DNA from: an uncultured Nitrospiraceae bacterium
Lineage (GTDB): Bacteria > Nitrospirota > Nitrospiria > Nitrospirales > Nitrospiraceae
Direction: 5' to 3'
Assembly (NCBI GenBank): GCA_963730935.1
Contig: CAVSTP010000004.1
Span: forward strand, 1,536,001-1,600,000
Length of the DNA stretch: 64,000 nucleotides
The notes beneath the pieces are model-generated. The model made no database searches. It saw nothing but the letters and a program-made list of their open reading frames with translations, and was not told the origin of the DNA. The translations under genes were made by a program, and so were the position numbers. Below, in pieces: positions 29,967 through 39,810 of the stretch; the stretch's first letter is position 1, and every line of letters starts with the position of its first letter.

Positions 29967-30166
29967 ACATGGTGTTCAAAAAGCGCGTCTATCTCACCCG
30001 CCCGCCCTGCGCAATCGTTTTTCACCCGGCCCACCCACCGATTGCTTCGCAACCGACTACCCGGTGACATGCGCTGTGCCCAACTCACCCGCGCAGACCT
30101 GGCGTGCCAACGTCGAGTGTCTGCGCGATGCGAGCACGCAGCTGGAGGCCTTTTTCAACACCATGT
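29967..30166. repeat. Intergenic element with 17-bp terminal inverted repeats (MITE/REP-like)
   Basis: ACATGGTGTTCAAAAAG ... CTTTTTCAACACCATGT (16/17 complementary); internal segments are shared with 9631..9708 and 22284..22472. Confidence 0.75.
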
Positions 30167-31083
30167 CATGCCCGCTTCAAGAGGCGTCCGGCCCCGCCGG
30201 GCCACAACAATAGCAGTGGGCTCGCCACAAACACGGATGAATAGGTGCCGAAAATGACCCCCCAGAGTAGCGCCAGCGAGAAGTCATGGAGCACCTCCCC
30301 CCCGGCTAGGGTCAACGGAATGAGGACCAGCACAACGGTCAAACTCGTGACGATCGTGCGGCTCAGCACCTGATTGATCGCATTATTGATCATGGTCTCT
30401 TCCTGCTCGCGGCGCCGGAGACGCAGGTTTTCCCTGATGCGATCGAACACGACCACCGTATCCGTGAGCGAATAGCCCGCCAGCGTCAGGAGCGCCGTCA
30501 CCACGAGTAGCGTGATTTCCTTGTCGAGAAGATAGAAGGCGCCCAGCACGGCGAGCACGTCGTGAAAGGTCGCCAGTGCCGCGGCCACTCCGAACCGCAA
30601 TTCAAAGCGCGCCGCGATGTACAGGATGATGCCCGCGAACGAGATCACGATGGCCACCAGCGCATCGGATTGGAGCTTCTTGCCGATCGTGGGACCAATC
30701 TCTGTACTGGATTCCACCACGAACTTGTTGCTTGGAAATTCCTTGGAGAAAATGGATACGACCTTTTCCGCCGTTTTCTCCTCAATGGTCGTCGACGCCT
30801 TCACCCGGATGAGCAGCTTGTTCTCCTGACCGAATTCCTGGAGTTCGGCATCGGCCAGGCCGTTGGACTCAAGCGCCTTTCTGGCGTCTTCGATCCGGAT
30901 GGACTGATCGAACTTCAACTGCACCGCCGTCCCGCCCGCAAAGTCGATGCCGAGGTTGGCCTGCCCACGGGCGATCTGAATCAATGCGAGGACGCCCAGG
31001 ACCACCATGATGCCGGAAAACAGAAACGCATAGCGGCGCTTGCCCATGAAATCAACATTGGTCTTCCCGAGAATTTCTAACAT
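30166..31083 (-). CDS. secF: Protein translocase subunit SecF
   Basis: GIDFAGG, IGPTIG, FHD, GYSLTDTVVVFDRIRE, RTIVTS, GTYSS. Confidence 0.97.
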   Translation of the reverse strand: MLEILGKTNVDFMGKRRYAFLFSGIMVVLGVLALIQIARGQANLGIDFAGGTAVQLKFDQSIRIEDARKALESNGLADAELQEFGQENKLLIRVKASTTIEEKTAEKVVSIFSKEFPSNKFVVESSTEIGPTIGKKLQSDALVAIVISFAGIILYIAARFELRFGVAAALATFHDVLAVLGAFYLLDKEITLLVVTALLTLAGYSLTDTVVVFDRIRENLRLRRREQEETMINNAINQVLSRTIVTSLTVVLVLIPLTLAGGEVLHDFSLALLWGVIFGTYSSVFVASPLLLLWPGGAGRLLKRA

Positions 31084-31162
31084 GCAGGCTCCTTCAAGTT
31101 CGGCGCCCAGCGCCGAGATCCCAAAATCCCGGATCTCAGATAAAGACTCGTAACGAGTGACC

Positions 31163-32806
31163 CTAGATGCTCAACTGCTCGACTTTATGGCGTTGGTTGA
31201 TGATGTCGAAAATGACCTTGGTGCCCACCAGGGCCGTAAACAGATTGATCGCGATACCGAGACACAGCGTGACGGCAAATCCCTTGATCGGCCCGGTTCC
31301 GAACAGAAAGAGGGCGACGCCCGTAATGAGCGTCGTCACGTGCGAATCGACGATGGTGTACAAGGCCTTTTCGTAGCCTCCGTCCACAGCCAGCCGGACG
31401 CCCTTTCCGCTTCGCAGTTCTTCACGGATCCGCTCGAAAATCAGTACGTTCGAATCGACGCCCATGCCGATGGTCAGCACGATGCCGGCGATGCCCGGCA
31501 GGGTGAGGGTCGCCGACAGGGCCGACAATGCTCCCATCAGGCAGATCAGATTGAGGATCAGCGCGAAGTCGGCAACCACGCCCGAGAGCCGGTAGTAGAC
31601 CACCATAAACAGCATCACCATCGCGCCAGCAATCAACGTGGCCCGCACGCCTTTTTCGATCGAATCCTTGCCCAAGGACGGCCCAACGGTGAGATCCTGG
31701 ATGATCTTCAGCGGTGCCGGCAGCGCGCCTGCGCGCAACACGATCGCCAGATCGTTAGCCTCTTGCGTCGTAAACGTGCCGGTGATTTGCGCACGGCCGC
31801 CGCTGATGCGTTCCTGGATGACCGGAGCCGAATAGATCGTGTTGTCCAACACGATGGCCATCCGCTTTTTGACGTTTTCGCTCGTGATACGATCGAACTC
31901 GCGTCCGCCCTTCCCATCGAACGTGATGGAGACGTACGGATCGTTGAACTGCCCGATGGACACACGGGCATCGCTGAGCACGTCGCCGGTCAGCATCACC
32001 CGTTTCTTCACGAGGTAAGGAATGCGGTACTCCCGCCCCGTATCCCGTTCGACGGCCCGCTCGAACAGAATTTGGCTGCCTTCCGGCAACTTGCTCTCCG
32101 CCTGCCTCACCACCTCGGCTTCCCGGTCCTTCGGAATACGGGCCGGCAAATCCAGCTTCATCTGGTTCTCTTCATCCAACATCTTGAACTCGAGCAGCGC
32201 GGTTTCCTTGATCAGATCCTTCGCCCGCTTCGGGTCGCGGATACCCGGAAGCTGCACCACGATCTGCTTCAAACCCTGCCGCTGCACGAGCGGCTCCGCC
32301 ACCCCGAACTGGTCAATCCGGTTGCGGATGGTTTCCAGCGCTTGGTTGATCGCCGAATCCTTGATGCGCTTACTCTCGGTCTCCCGCAGCTCCCAGACAA
32401 TGGTATTGGCAGAACCGGCCGAATCGACTTCACTAAATGCCGGAAAGTCATCGAGCAGCTTTTGGATCTGCGGTTTCAGGTCGGCATTCTGAAACTGAAT
32501 GGTGACTCTCGTCGACGACATCCTTTTCACGGATTCAACGGGGATCTTCTTGTCGACCAAAACGTCTTGTAGAGCCACGACGGAACGATCCACGGCGATT
32601 TCCACCGCTCGGTCTTCGTCCACTTCCATGACCAAGTGGATGCCGCCCTGGAGATCCAACCCGAGCGCGATGCCTTTGTTCGGCAAGATCGATCTGGCCC
32701 AGGCCGGAAGGGCCTGGTACCAATCAGGAATGGATGGAATGAAGCATATGACCGATACGACAACGATCAGCAGTAACAGCAAGAGCCGTCCACGTATTTT
32801 TTTCAT
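31163..32806 (-). CDS. secD: Protein translocase subunit SecD
   Basis: LGLDLQGG, RIDQFGVAEP, LRAGALPAP, VGPSLG, GMGVDSNVLIFERIREE. Confidence 0.97.
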   Translation of the reverse strand: MKKIRGRLLLLLLIVVVSVICFIPSIPDWYQALPAWARSILPNKGIALGLDLQGGIHLVMEVDEDRAVEIAVDRSVVALQDVLVDKKIPVESVKRMSSTRVTIQFQNADLKPQIQKLLDDFPAFSEVDSAGSANTIVWELRETESKRIKDSAINQALETIRNRIDQFGVAEPLVQRQGLKQIVVQLPGIRDPKRAKDLIKETALLEFKMLDEENQMKLDLPARIPKDREAEVVRQAESKLPEGSQILFERAVERDTGREYRIPYLVKKRVMLTGDVLSDARVSIGQFNDPYVSITFDGKGGREFDRITSENVKKRMAIVLDNTIYSAPVIQERISGGRAQITGTFTTQEANDLAIVLRAGALPAPLKIIQDLTVGPSLGKDSIEKGVRATLIAGAMVMLFMVVYYRLSGVVADFALILNLICLMGALSALSATLTLPGIAGIVLTIGMGVDSNVLIFERIREELRSGKGVRLAVDGGYEKALYTIVDSHVTTLITGVALFLFGTGPIKGFAVTLCLGIAINLFTALVGTKVIFDIINQRHKVEQLSI

Positions 32807-32851
32807 CGCGCGTCCATCCTGGACGTTCTTCGACCCCTCGCCGTCCTCCGA

Positions 32852-33184
32852 CTATGCATCTTTATCGTCCTCCTCCGATCGCAAACGGCCAATGTACTCA
32901 CGCTGCATCTTGATCTTTGTATTATCGGCGATCTGCAACGTCACGGTGTCTTTTCCAAGGTTGGTCACGGTACCCCAGATTCCCGAGGCCGTGACCACCT
33001 TGTCGCCTTTCTTCAATCCCTCCATCATCGCCTTCTGCTGCTTCTGCTTTTTCTGCTGAGGCAGGATCAGCATGAAATAGAAAATCACGAAGATCAACAC
33101 AAAGGGCACCAACGACAGAAGCGTCCCGGATCCCGAGCCGCTTCCTCCGCTTGTTTGTGCCCAAGCGACCGATTCCATCCACAT
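32852..33184 (-). CDS. yajC: Preprotein translocase subunit YajC
   Basis: FYFMLILPQQKK...LKKGDKVVTASGIWG; located between tgt and secD. Confidence 0.95.
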   Translation of the reverse strand: MWMESVAWAQTSGGSGSGSGTLLSLVPFVLIFVIFYFMLILPQQKKQKQQKAMMEGLKKGDKVVTASGIWGTVTNLGKDTVTLQIADNTKIKMQREYIGRLRSEEDDKDA

Positions 33185-33242
33185 ACAAGTGTTCCTCTCT
33201 TATGTGACTAACAACGCATGCAGCTCGCGCGAGGCGCTGATG

Positions 33243-34397
33243 CTATTCGCCCTGAAGTGCGCCGTCCGTCTCGGCGCAGGTGAGCCCACCCTGCTCCTGA
33301 GGTTGTTGACGGTAGAACGAATCCCGAAACTCCGTAAAGCGTCCTTCCGCGATCGCCAGGCGCATGCGACGCATGAAATCAGAAAAATACCAGAGATTAT
33401 GGATCGTGTTCAGACGCGAGGCCAGCATCTCTTTCACGTGATAGAGATGATGCAGATAGGCGCGCGAGTAACGCCCGCAGACGGCGCAGCCGCAAGCCGG
33501 ATCAATAGGCGATTCGTCGCGTTGATAGCGGGCCTGCTTGATCAGGACACGGCCGAAACTCGTGAACAGCCACCCGGTCCGTCCGTGGCGGGACGGCACC
33601 ACGCAGTCGAACATGTCGATCCCGCGAGCTACTCCTTCGATGAGATTCTCCGGCATGCCGACGCCCATCAGATAACGCGGTTTGACGGCGGGCAACTCCG
33701 GTACCGTCACCTCCAGCATGCGGTACATGTCGGTCTTGCTTTCGCCGACGGACAGTCCGCCGACCGCATAACCGTCGAATTGCAGCCTCACGAGATCACG
33801 CGCCGAGCCGGCTCGCAGCTCGGGGTCCAATCCGCCCTGGACGATGCCGAACAGCGCTTGATCGGAGCGGCGCCGGCTGGCCTGGCAACGGGCGGCCCAC
33901 AGCGACGTACGCCTGACGGCCTCCCGGATCGCATCGTGGTCCGCCGGCAAGGCCAGGCATTGATCGAACGCCATGATGATATCGGCGCCAAGCGCTTCCT
34001 GAATCTCAATCGCCGTCTCCGGCGTGATGAAATGCGCGGAGCCGTCGAGGTGCGACTGAAAGCTCACGCCGGCATCGGTAATGCGGCAGAGCTTCGCCAG
34101 ACTGAACATTTGAAACCCGCCGCTGTCGGTGAGGATCGCGCCTGGCCAGCCAGTGAACCGGTGCAGGCCGCCCATCTCGGCGATGATTTTGTGCCCGGGC
34201 CGCAAGTACAAGTGGTACGCGTTGTTCAGCATGAGCCGGAAGCCCAACTGCTCGAGGTCCTGGGGATCGATGCCCTTGACGGGGCCCAGCGTCCCCACGG
34301 GCATGAACGCGGGCGTCTCGATCACGCCGTGGGCGGTGGTCAGCGTGCCGAGTCTTGCGCTCGTGTTCCGGTCGGTATGGTCAACAGCAAAATTCAC
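33243..34397 (-). CDS. tgt: Queuine tRNA-ribosyltransferase
   Basis: TPAFMPVGT, NAYHLYLRPG, LTDSGGFQ, FGIVQGG, GGLSVGE, DMFDCV, CGCAVC. Confidence 0.97.
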   Translation of the reverse strand: MNFAVDHTDRNTSARLGTLTTAHGVIETPAFMPVGTLGPVKGIDPQDLEQLGFRLMLNNAYHLYLRPGHKIIAEMGGLHRFTGWPGAILTDSGGFQMFSLAKLCRITDAGVSFQSHLDGSAHFITPETAIEIQEALGADIIMAFDQCLALPADHDAIREAVRRTSLWAARCQASRRRSDQALFGIVQGGLDPELRAGSARDLVRLQFDGYAVGGLSVGESKTDMYRMLEVTVPELPAVKPRYLMGVGMPENLIEGVARGIDMFDCVVPSRHGRTGWLFTSFGRVLIKQARYQRDESPIDPACGCAVCGRYSRAYLHHLYHVKEMLASRLNTIHNLWYFSDFMRRMRLAIAEGRFTEFRDSFYRQQPQEQGGLTCAETDGALQGE

Positions 34398-34417
34398 GGT
34401 CGTTCGTTTGCGATGGC

Positions 34418-36169
34418 CTACATCTGGTCGGGGGCGGAAATGCCCAGCACCGTTAAGCCGTTCTTGATGACTTGCTGCACGCCCCGCATTAACGCCAGCC
34501 GCGCGGCGGTCCGTTCAGGACTCAGGGTTTCCCGTTTGGCCCCTTCATCGGCTGCTATCCCGGGAGCTGCCTGTGCGAAGACCTCCGGATCAGCGGCCGG
34601 GGGCAGAATCCGGTGCTTGTTGTAAAAGGTATGGAGCAGCGCGGCAAGCTGCTGCAAATAGTAGGTCATCCGATGTGGCTCATAGCCGATCGCCGCAGCC
34701 TCCAGTACCGACGGATAGGCGGCCAGCTTCCTGATCAGCCCCAGTTCGTCAGGATCGGACAACAACGAGAGGTTCGCACGGCTCGGCGGCGGACAGGTGA
34801 TCCCACGCGAGGCAGCAACCCGCCAGAGACTCGCAATCCGGGCGTGCGCATATTGGACGTAGTACACGGGATTGTCGGCCGACCGCTGTTTGGCGAGCTC
34901 GAGATCGAATTCGAGGTGCGTCTTGGAATCGCGCATAAGGAAATAGAACTTGGCGGCATCGGCACCCACTTCGTCGATGACTTCTGCCATCGTGATGAAC
35001 TCGCCCGTCCGCTTCGACATCTTCACTTCTTCGCCCGCTCTCAGCAGCTTCACGAGCTGGACGAGCACGACCTGCAGGCGCTCTTTGGGATGGCCATAGG
35101 CCTGCATGACCGCCTGCATGCGCGGGATGTAGCCATGGTGATCGGCGCCCCAGACATCGATCAGCAGATCATAGCCGCGTTGCAGTTTGTCCCGGTGATA
35201 CGCGATGTCGGAAGCCAGGTAGGTGTACTCCCCGTCCTGCTTCTTGACGACGCGGTCTTTCTCATCCCCAAAGTCCGACGACCGGAACCACCAGGCACCG
35301 TCCTGTTCAAACACGAGCCGGCGGGACTTCAGCTCGTCCAGCACGCGCTCGACGGCCTGTGAGGAGAGCAGCGACGCTTCGCTGAACCACGAGGCAAATT
35401 CGATCCCGAACGCCTTGAGATCTTCACGGATTAAGCTCAACAGTTGGTGGTAGGCCAACGAGCGGACGCGCTCCTCGAGCTGCTCGGCCGACAGGCCTCT
35501 CTCCGCATCGAGCGCGGCTTTGAGGCGCTCCGCCAGCGCCGTAATATAGGCGCCGTGATACCCGTCTTCCGGAAAGGCGGCAGGCTGGCCACTCAGCTCT
35601 CGATACCGGGCGGCCACTGAGGCTCCCAGTAACTTCATCTGGCGGCCGGCATCGTTGATGTAATACTCGCTGACGACCTCGAAGCCGACTGCGTGGAGCA
35701 GACTGGCGACGGCTTGACCAACGGCCGCGCCTCGTCCATGCCCGACATGCAAGGGACCGGTCGGATTCGCACTCACATACTCCACCAACGCCCGCTGTCC
35801 TTTGCCGACATCGGTGGTGCCGTATAAGGCGCCTTGTTGCTCGATTTCTCTAAGCGTTTCCTGCCACAGAGCCGGCTTGACGGTAAGATTCAGAAACCCC
35901 GGCCTGACGATCTCCACCCGATCGAAGAGTTGGTCCCGCTGCGGAAGGTTCTCGACGATGATCTGCGCGATGTCATGAGGCGCTCGCTGTTCAGAGGATG
36001 CCAGGGACATGGCCACGGTCGAGGCAAGATCGCCCCATTCCGGCCGTTTGGGCGCATCGAGGCTGAGCGTGGGCCAGGCCGCCGTTTTCAATTGCCCCTT
36101 TTTCCTGGCGCCGTTCAGAGCATCCAGGAGTGCGTTGGTCACTTTTTCCTGCACCACGCCGTGCGACAA
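34418..36169 (-). CDS. argS: Arginine--tRNA ligase
   Basis: EYVSANPTGPLHVGHGRGA, YYINDAGRQ, WGADHHGY, KMSKRTG, YYVQYAHAR, APDQM. Confidence 0.97.
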   Translation of the reverse strand: MSHGVVQEKVTNALLDALNGARKKGQLKTAAWPTLSLDAPKRPEWGDLASTVAMSLASSEQRAPHDIAQIIVENLPQRDQLFDRVEIVRPGFLNLTVKPALWQETLREIEQQGALYGTTDVGKGQRALVEYVSANPTGPLHVGHGRGAAVGQAVASLLHAVGFEVVSEYYINDAGRQMKLLGASVAARYRELSGQPAAFPEDGYHGAYITALAERLKAALDAERGLSAEQLEERVRSLAYHQLLSLIREDLKAFGIEFASWFSEASLLSSQAVERVLDELKSRRLVFEQDGAWWFRSSDFGDEKDRVVKKQDGEYTYLASDIAYHRDKLQRGYDLLIDVWGADHHGYIPRMQAVMQAYGHPKERLQVVLVQLVKLLRAGEEVKMSKRTGEFITMAEVIDEVGADAAKFYFLMRDSKTHLEFDLELAKQRSADNPVYYVQYAHARIASLWRVAASRGITCPPPSRANLSLLSDPDELGLIRKLAAYPSVLEAAAIGYEPHRMTYYLQQLAALLHTFYNKHRILPPAADPEVFAQAAPGIAADEGAKRETLSPERTAARLALMRGVQQVIKNGLTVLGISAPDQM

Positions 36170-36262
36170 CTATGGCTCCTAACGCTCGTAAGTCCTTAGC
36201 ATTGAAAGAGAAAATTAACTTGGCACTGTACCACAGGGCTTAATGATGAGACAAGGCACGAG

Positions 36263-37267
36263 TCAGGAAATCCGAGGGTTTACGCCGAGAGTTCGGATGG
36301 TTCGGCAAGCAGCGAGGATGGCCGGAGGCGATAACTCGAGACAAGGCTTCTCTATACAATTCCCGACGGCGTCCCACGAGGCGCAGCGGCAAGGATTCTC
36401 TCGAATCACCGTCACGGCCCGGCCTCGCGGCGCCCAGCGCGCCGACTCGGTTGGACCGAACAGGGCGACAGTCGGCGTTCCCAGCAACGCGGCCAGATGA
36501 GTGACCCCTGAATCATGACCGAGAAAGAGGTCGACCTGCGACAGGACGCCGGCCAGCAGGCGGATGGAGAGACCGCTCACGAGGATTGGATGTCGGGCCA
36601 TGTGGATCAGGAGACGTTGAACCATCTCATGATCCGCCGGTCCATCGAGCAGCAACGGGTGCACACCCTCTGTTTCCAGTCCTTCGAGCACAGGCAGCAA
36701 CACCGCCGGTGTTACGCATTTATGGCGGCTGCCGCTCCCGGGATGGATCATCGCCAACGGACGCTGGCGAGAAACCCCTAACCCCGCAAGGTATGCCTCA
36801 GCTTGCTCTCGAACCGTATTCGGCACTGTGAGAGGAGCCCTCGAGACCTGACGGGATTGCCCGCCCACGATCTCGAGAAATCGCTCACTTTGATGGACGC
36901 TGGACAACCTCGAGGCAAAGGGTGATTCCACCATGACAGCTGCGGCACCGCAGTCTTTCAATGTTGCTGCCAGGGTACCAGCATCATCATGAGTCCATGC
37001 GATCGCCAAGTCGCATCGGCACAGCCAGTCTCTGAGAAAGGCATCGTCGGGCTCCGCTCCACCGAAGAGTGCCGTGCAGGCGGTGGATTGAGCGGAAAGC
37101 CATCGATCGACCAGGCTACAGTCGGCAAGGAATTCCGCCGACTCGTCCTGTCCGCAGAGCAGGACCTGATGGGAGGGAAAGCGTTCCCGGAGGCCTTGAA
37201 TGGCTGGCACAGCGAGCAAGAGATCGCCGAATCCTCCCGGGTGCAGGATGAAGACTGTGCGCGACAT
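36263..37267 (-). CDS. Glycosyltransferase family 9 (heptosyltransferase-like)
   Basis: GGFGDLLL, HPGSG, GHDSGVTHLAA..GTPTVALFGPT...WAP. Confidence 0.88.
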   Translation of the reverse strand: MSRTVFILHPGGFGDLLLAVPAIQGLRERFPSHQVLLCGQDESAEFLADCSLVDRWLSAQSTACTALFGGAEPDDAFLRDWLCRCDLAIAWTHDDAGTLAATLKDCGAAAVMVESPFASRLSSVHQSERFLEIVGGQSRQVSRAPLTVPNTVREQAEAYLAGLGVSRQRPLAMIHPGSGSRHKCVTPAVLLPVLEGLETEGVHPLLLDGPADHEMVQRLLIHMARHPILVSGLSIRLLAGVLSQVDLFLGHDSGVTHLAALLGTPTVALFGPTESARWAPRGRAVTVIRENPCRCASWDAVGNCIEKPCLELSPPAILAACRTIRTLGVNPRIS

Positions 37268-37272
37268 GCTCC

Positions 37273-37905
37273 TCAGGAGGACGAGGGTTTGGCGGTTTGG
37301 TCGAAGAGCGAACGTGCGGCAGCGAGGTCAGCGGGCGTATTCACGTTATAGAAGGAGCGCCCCTCAGGATCGAGCTGGCTGAGCTCATCCGGTGTCACCA
37401 CACGCACCCGGAGCGCGGGATGATCGGCCAATCGGTAGATTTTGAAATCCTGCGCGTGAATGAGACTCTCCATGACCGGCAGACAGTTGCGATGATACAG
37501 CGCGTGCATAGGGTGAAACCCGTTCCGCAGCTTGGCCATGACCACGTCGCCTTCGCCCTTGAGGCCGGTGAAATGCCTGATCGTGCCTGGATCCAGAAAC
37601 GGCATGTCGCATGCGGCAGCAAACACCCACTGTGTCCCAGCCTCTTTCAGCCCGGTATAGAGACCGCCAAGACTGCCGCAGTGGGGGATCACGTCCCGCA
37701 AGACCGGCGCATCGGATGCCACGAGAGGACTATCCTGCGCGACGACGACCATCACCCGTTCGAAGATCGCCCGCAGCACGGATAAACTTCGCACATAGAG
37801 CGTCTCCTCTCCGACTGAGAGAAGACGCTTGTCCTGGCCCATTCTTCGGCTCTTCCCGCCTGCCAGGAGCACGCCCGTCACATCGGAAATCAGGGAGGTC
37901 TTCAC
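37273..37905 (-). CDS. mobA: Molybdenum cofactor guanylyltransferase
   Basis: LLAGGKSRRMGQDK, GSLGGLYTGL, ACDMPF, NVNTPADL. The GTG start at 37905 follows AAGGAG. Confidence 0.93.
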   Translation of the reverse strand: MKTSLISDVTGVLLAGGKSRRMGQDKRLLSVGEETLYVRSLSVLRAIFERVMVVVAQDSPLVASDAPVLRDVIPHCGSLGGLYTGLKEAGTQWVFAAACDMPFLDPGTIRHFTGLKGEGDVVMAKLRNGFHPMHALYHRNCLPVMESLIHAQDFKIYRLADHPALRVRVVTPDELSQLDPEGRSFYNVNTPADLAAARSLFDQTAKPSSS

Positions 37906-37922
37906 ATGGCTCCTTACAAAAC

Positions 37923-37951
37923 AAAAGGGGGTGGGTTTCCCCACCCCCTTC
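37923..37951 (-). terminator. Rho-independent terminator ending the bd-like/cytochrome operon
   Basis: Minus strand AAGGGGGTGGG-GAAA-CCCACCCCCTT followed by TTGTTTTG. Confidence 0.85.
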
Positions 37952-37980
37952 ATCTTGACTCCTCTGCAGACCTTCGCGAA

Positions 37981-39774
37981 TTAGAGGGTCTTCCCCTTCT
38001 TCTTGTTCGCGCGCCGCGTGAGAACCCACCCTTCCAGCAGCACGACGCCGAAGGCAATCACGACTGGATAGATATAGGTCTCTTTCGGGGTCGGGGGATT
38101 CATGAACGTGTAGTAGAACGCCGAGACAGCCATTTTCCGTCCGGCATCCCCGTTGTGTCCGTCCCAGGCGAAGAACACGGTCGGAATATACTGACCGACC
38201 TCGAAGAACGTGTCTTCATCGTAGTCCTGGTCCTTCTTGTTCCCGACAGGACGTTGAATCATCACGTACCAACGCCCGTTCTTCCATTCGCCCTTGAGCA
38301 CCTTGAGGTTCTCCTCATAGGTGTCGCGCTCCTCGAAGTCCTTGTCCCATCCCGTGCCCTTGAAGGCCCGGACGGAGCCATCGGCTTCCCACTTCACGAT
38401 GTCGACCGGGAACTGCTCGTTGGTCCCGAACAGATACCGCGGCTTGATCGGAGCAGGCAACTCCTTCCACTTCACCGGAGTTTCGATGGCAATGGCGTCG
38501 TTGTAGACCTTGTAATTGTTTTGATTCGACGCGATGGACCCTTCTTCGCCGGTCTTCGGATCCTGCTCCTTGATATCGACATTCACCTGTGTCGGAGCCC
38601 AGGGCAGTTTGCCTTCGGCAACGCTCTTGGTGCGATCATCCCACTCCAGGAGATACACCATGTACTTGTCGTTGTAGAGAGAACGGACCCAGATATCGTC
38701 GATGCGGTTGACGAAGTTCCTGGGCTTGTGCGTAATCTGCCCGCCCATCGCGATATAGCGCTTGGGCGCCTTTTGCCAGGCTTCATTTTCCATATCGACC
38801 GGAATTTCACCCTCGACCGGATCCGACGGCACAACGAAGTTGATCTTCGGCTTGTCGGTCAACGGATCGATGGAAAGGGGATTTCCATTGGCATCACGTT
38901 CACAGAGCGATTGGACGATGTTGGCAATGTCCCAACGCTCGTCGATGGTCGTGCTGTCCGCAAAAGACGGCATCGGGGTGCCGTTCACACCGGTCGAGAA
39001 GGTCCTGAAAATGTTCTTCACACTATATGGATCCTGCCGGCTGCCACGGAAGTTCCAGCACTTGTGCCAGTCGGCCGGCTGGATCGCAAAGCCCCAGTCG
39101 TCCTTGAGATTGAAGGCGTTTCCGTCCCCACGGCCTTCCACCCCATGGCACTCGATGCACTTCTTCTCCACGATCAGCTCGGCACCGCGCTTCAGACTCT
39201 CTTCGTTGGCCGCCTTCTGCTTGATATCGCCAAGCTGGAGGATCGTCTGGCTTTCCGACTGCTTATCCGTAAACTTCCGATCCTTGACTAACTGGGTCGT
39301 GACGAAGGACAGGACTTGAAGTCTCTGTTCTTCGGTCAAAATGCCTTCCCAGGAAGGCATGGCCGAGCCGGGCAAGCCGTGAGTGACCGTCTCGAACAGG
39401 TCGTTCTGTCCGGGAACGGGCTTGCGAGCGTCGAAGAGCGGTAGCTCACCACTCGCCGTATGACGAATTTTGAACGTGCCCTGATTGAAGTTGCGCGGCC
39501 GAGGCCAGAGGCGGTCTGCGCCTGGTCCATCGCCTGCCCCGTCGACCCCATGACACCAAACACACTTCGTAAAGTACACGCGCTTGCCCGCTTCGATCAT
39601 CTCGGCGGCAGGTTCCGGGGCCAAATCACCCTTCTTGAACCCTTCAGGCATGTCTTCGGCTCCGATCAGCGGAACCCCGAGACTTCCCGATGCCAGGATC
39701 ATACCGAAGGCGGCTGCGGCAACCACTCCTGCCTTCTGACTTGAACTGTTCATCATGTTTAGCCTCATCATCAA
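37981..39774 (-). CDS. Diheme cytochrome c fused to a DMSO-reductase type II heme-b (NxrC-like) domain with a C-terminal TM anchor
   Basis: Signal peptide; CVWCH and CIECH, each followed by PMP/AMP Met ligands; EbdC-like C-terminal domain (LEWDD, TVFFAWDG...RKMAVS); C-terminal TM. Confidence 0.85.
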   Translation of the reverse strand: MMMRLNMMNSSSQKAGVVAAAAFGMILASGSLGVPLIGAEDMPEGFKKGDLAPEPAAEMIEAGKRVYFTKCVWCHGVDGAGDGPGADRLWPRPRNFNQGTFKIRHTASGELPLFDARKPVPGQNDLFETVTHGLPGSAMPSWEGILTEEQRLQVLSFVTTQLVKDRKFTDKQSESQTILQLGDIKQKAANEESLKRGAELIVEKKCIECHGVEGRGDGNAFNLKDDWGFAIQPADWHKCWNFRGSRQDPYSVKNIFRTFSTGVNGTPMPSFADSTTIDERWDIANIVQSLCERDANGNPLSIDPLTDKPKINFVVPSDPVEGEIPVDMENEAWQKAPKRYIAMGGQITHKPRNFVNRIDDIWVRSLYNDKYMVYLLEWDDRTKSVAEGKLPWAPTQVNVDIKEQDPKTGEEGSIASNQNNYKVYNDAIAIETPVKWKELPAPIKPRYLFGTNEQFPVDIVKWEADGSVRAFKGTGWDKDFEERDTYEENLKVLKGEWKNGRWYVMIQRPVGNKKDQDYDEDTFFEVGQYIPTVFFAWDGHNGDAGRKMAVSAFYYTFMNPPTPKETYIYPVVIAFGVVLLEGWVLTRRANKKKGKTL

Positions 39775-39810
39775 TATCCAAATATCCAGGTTATGAATCT
39801 CTTCAGACGA

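Noticed and set aside
36220..36240. TGGCAC as a sigma54 -24 element
   Set aside because: There is no TTGC at the -12 position, and it points away from argS.
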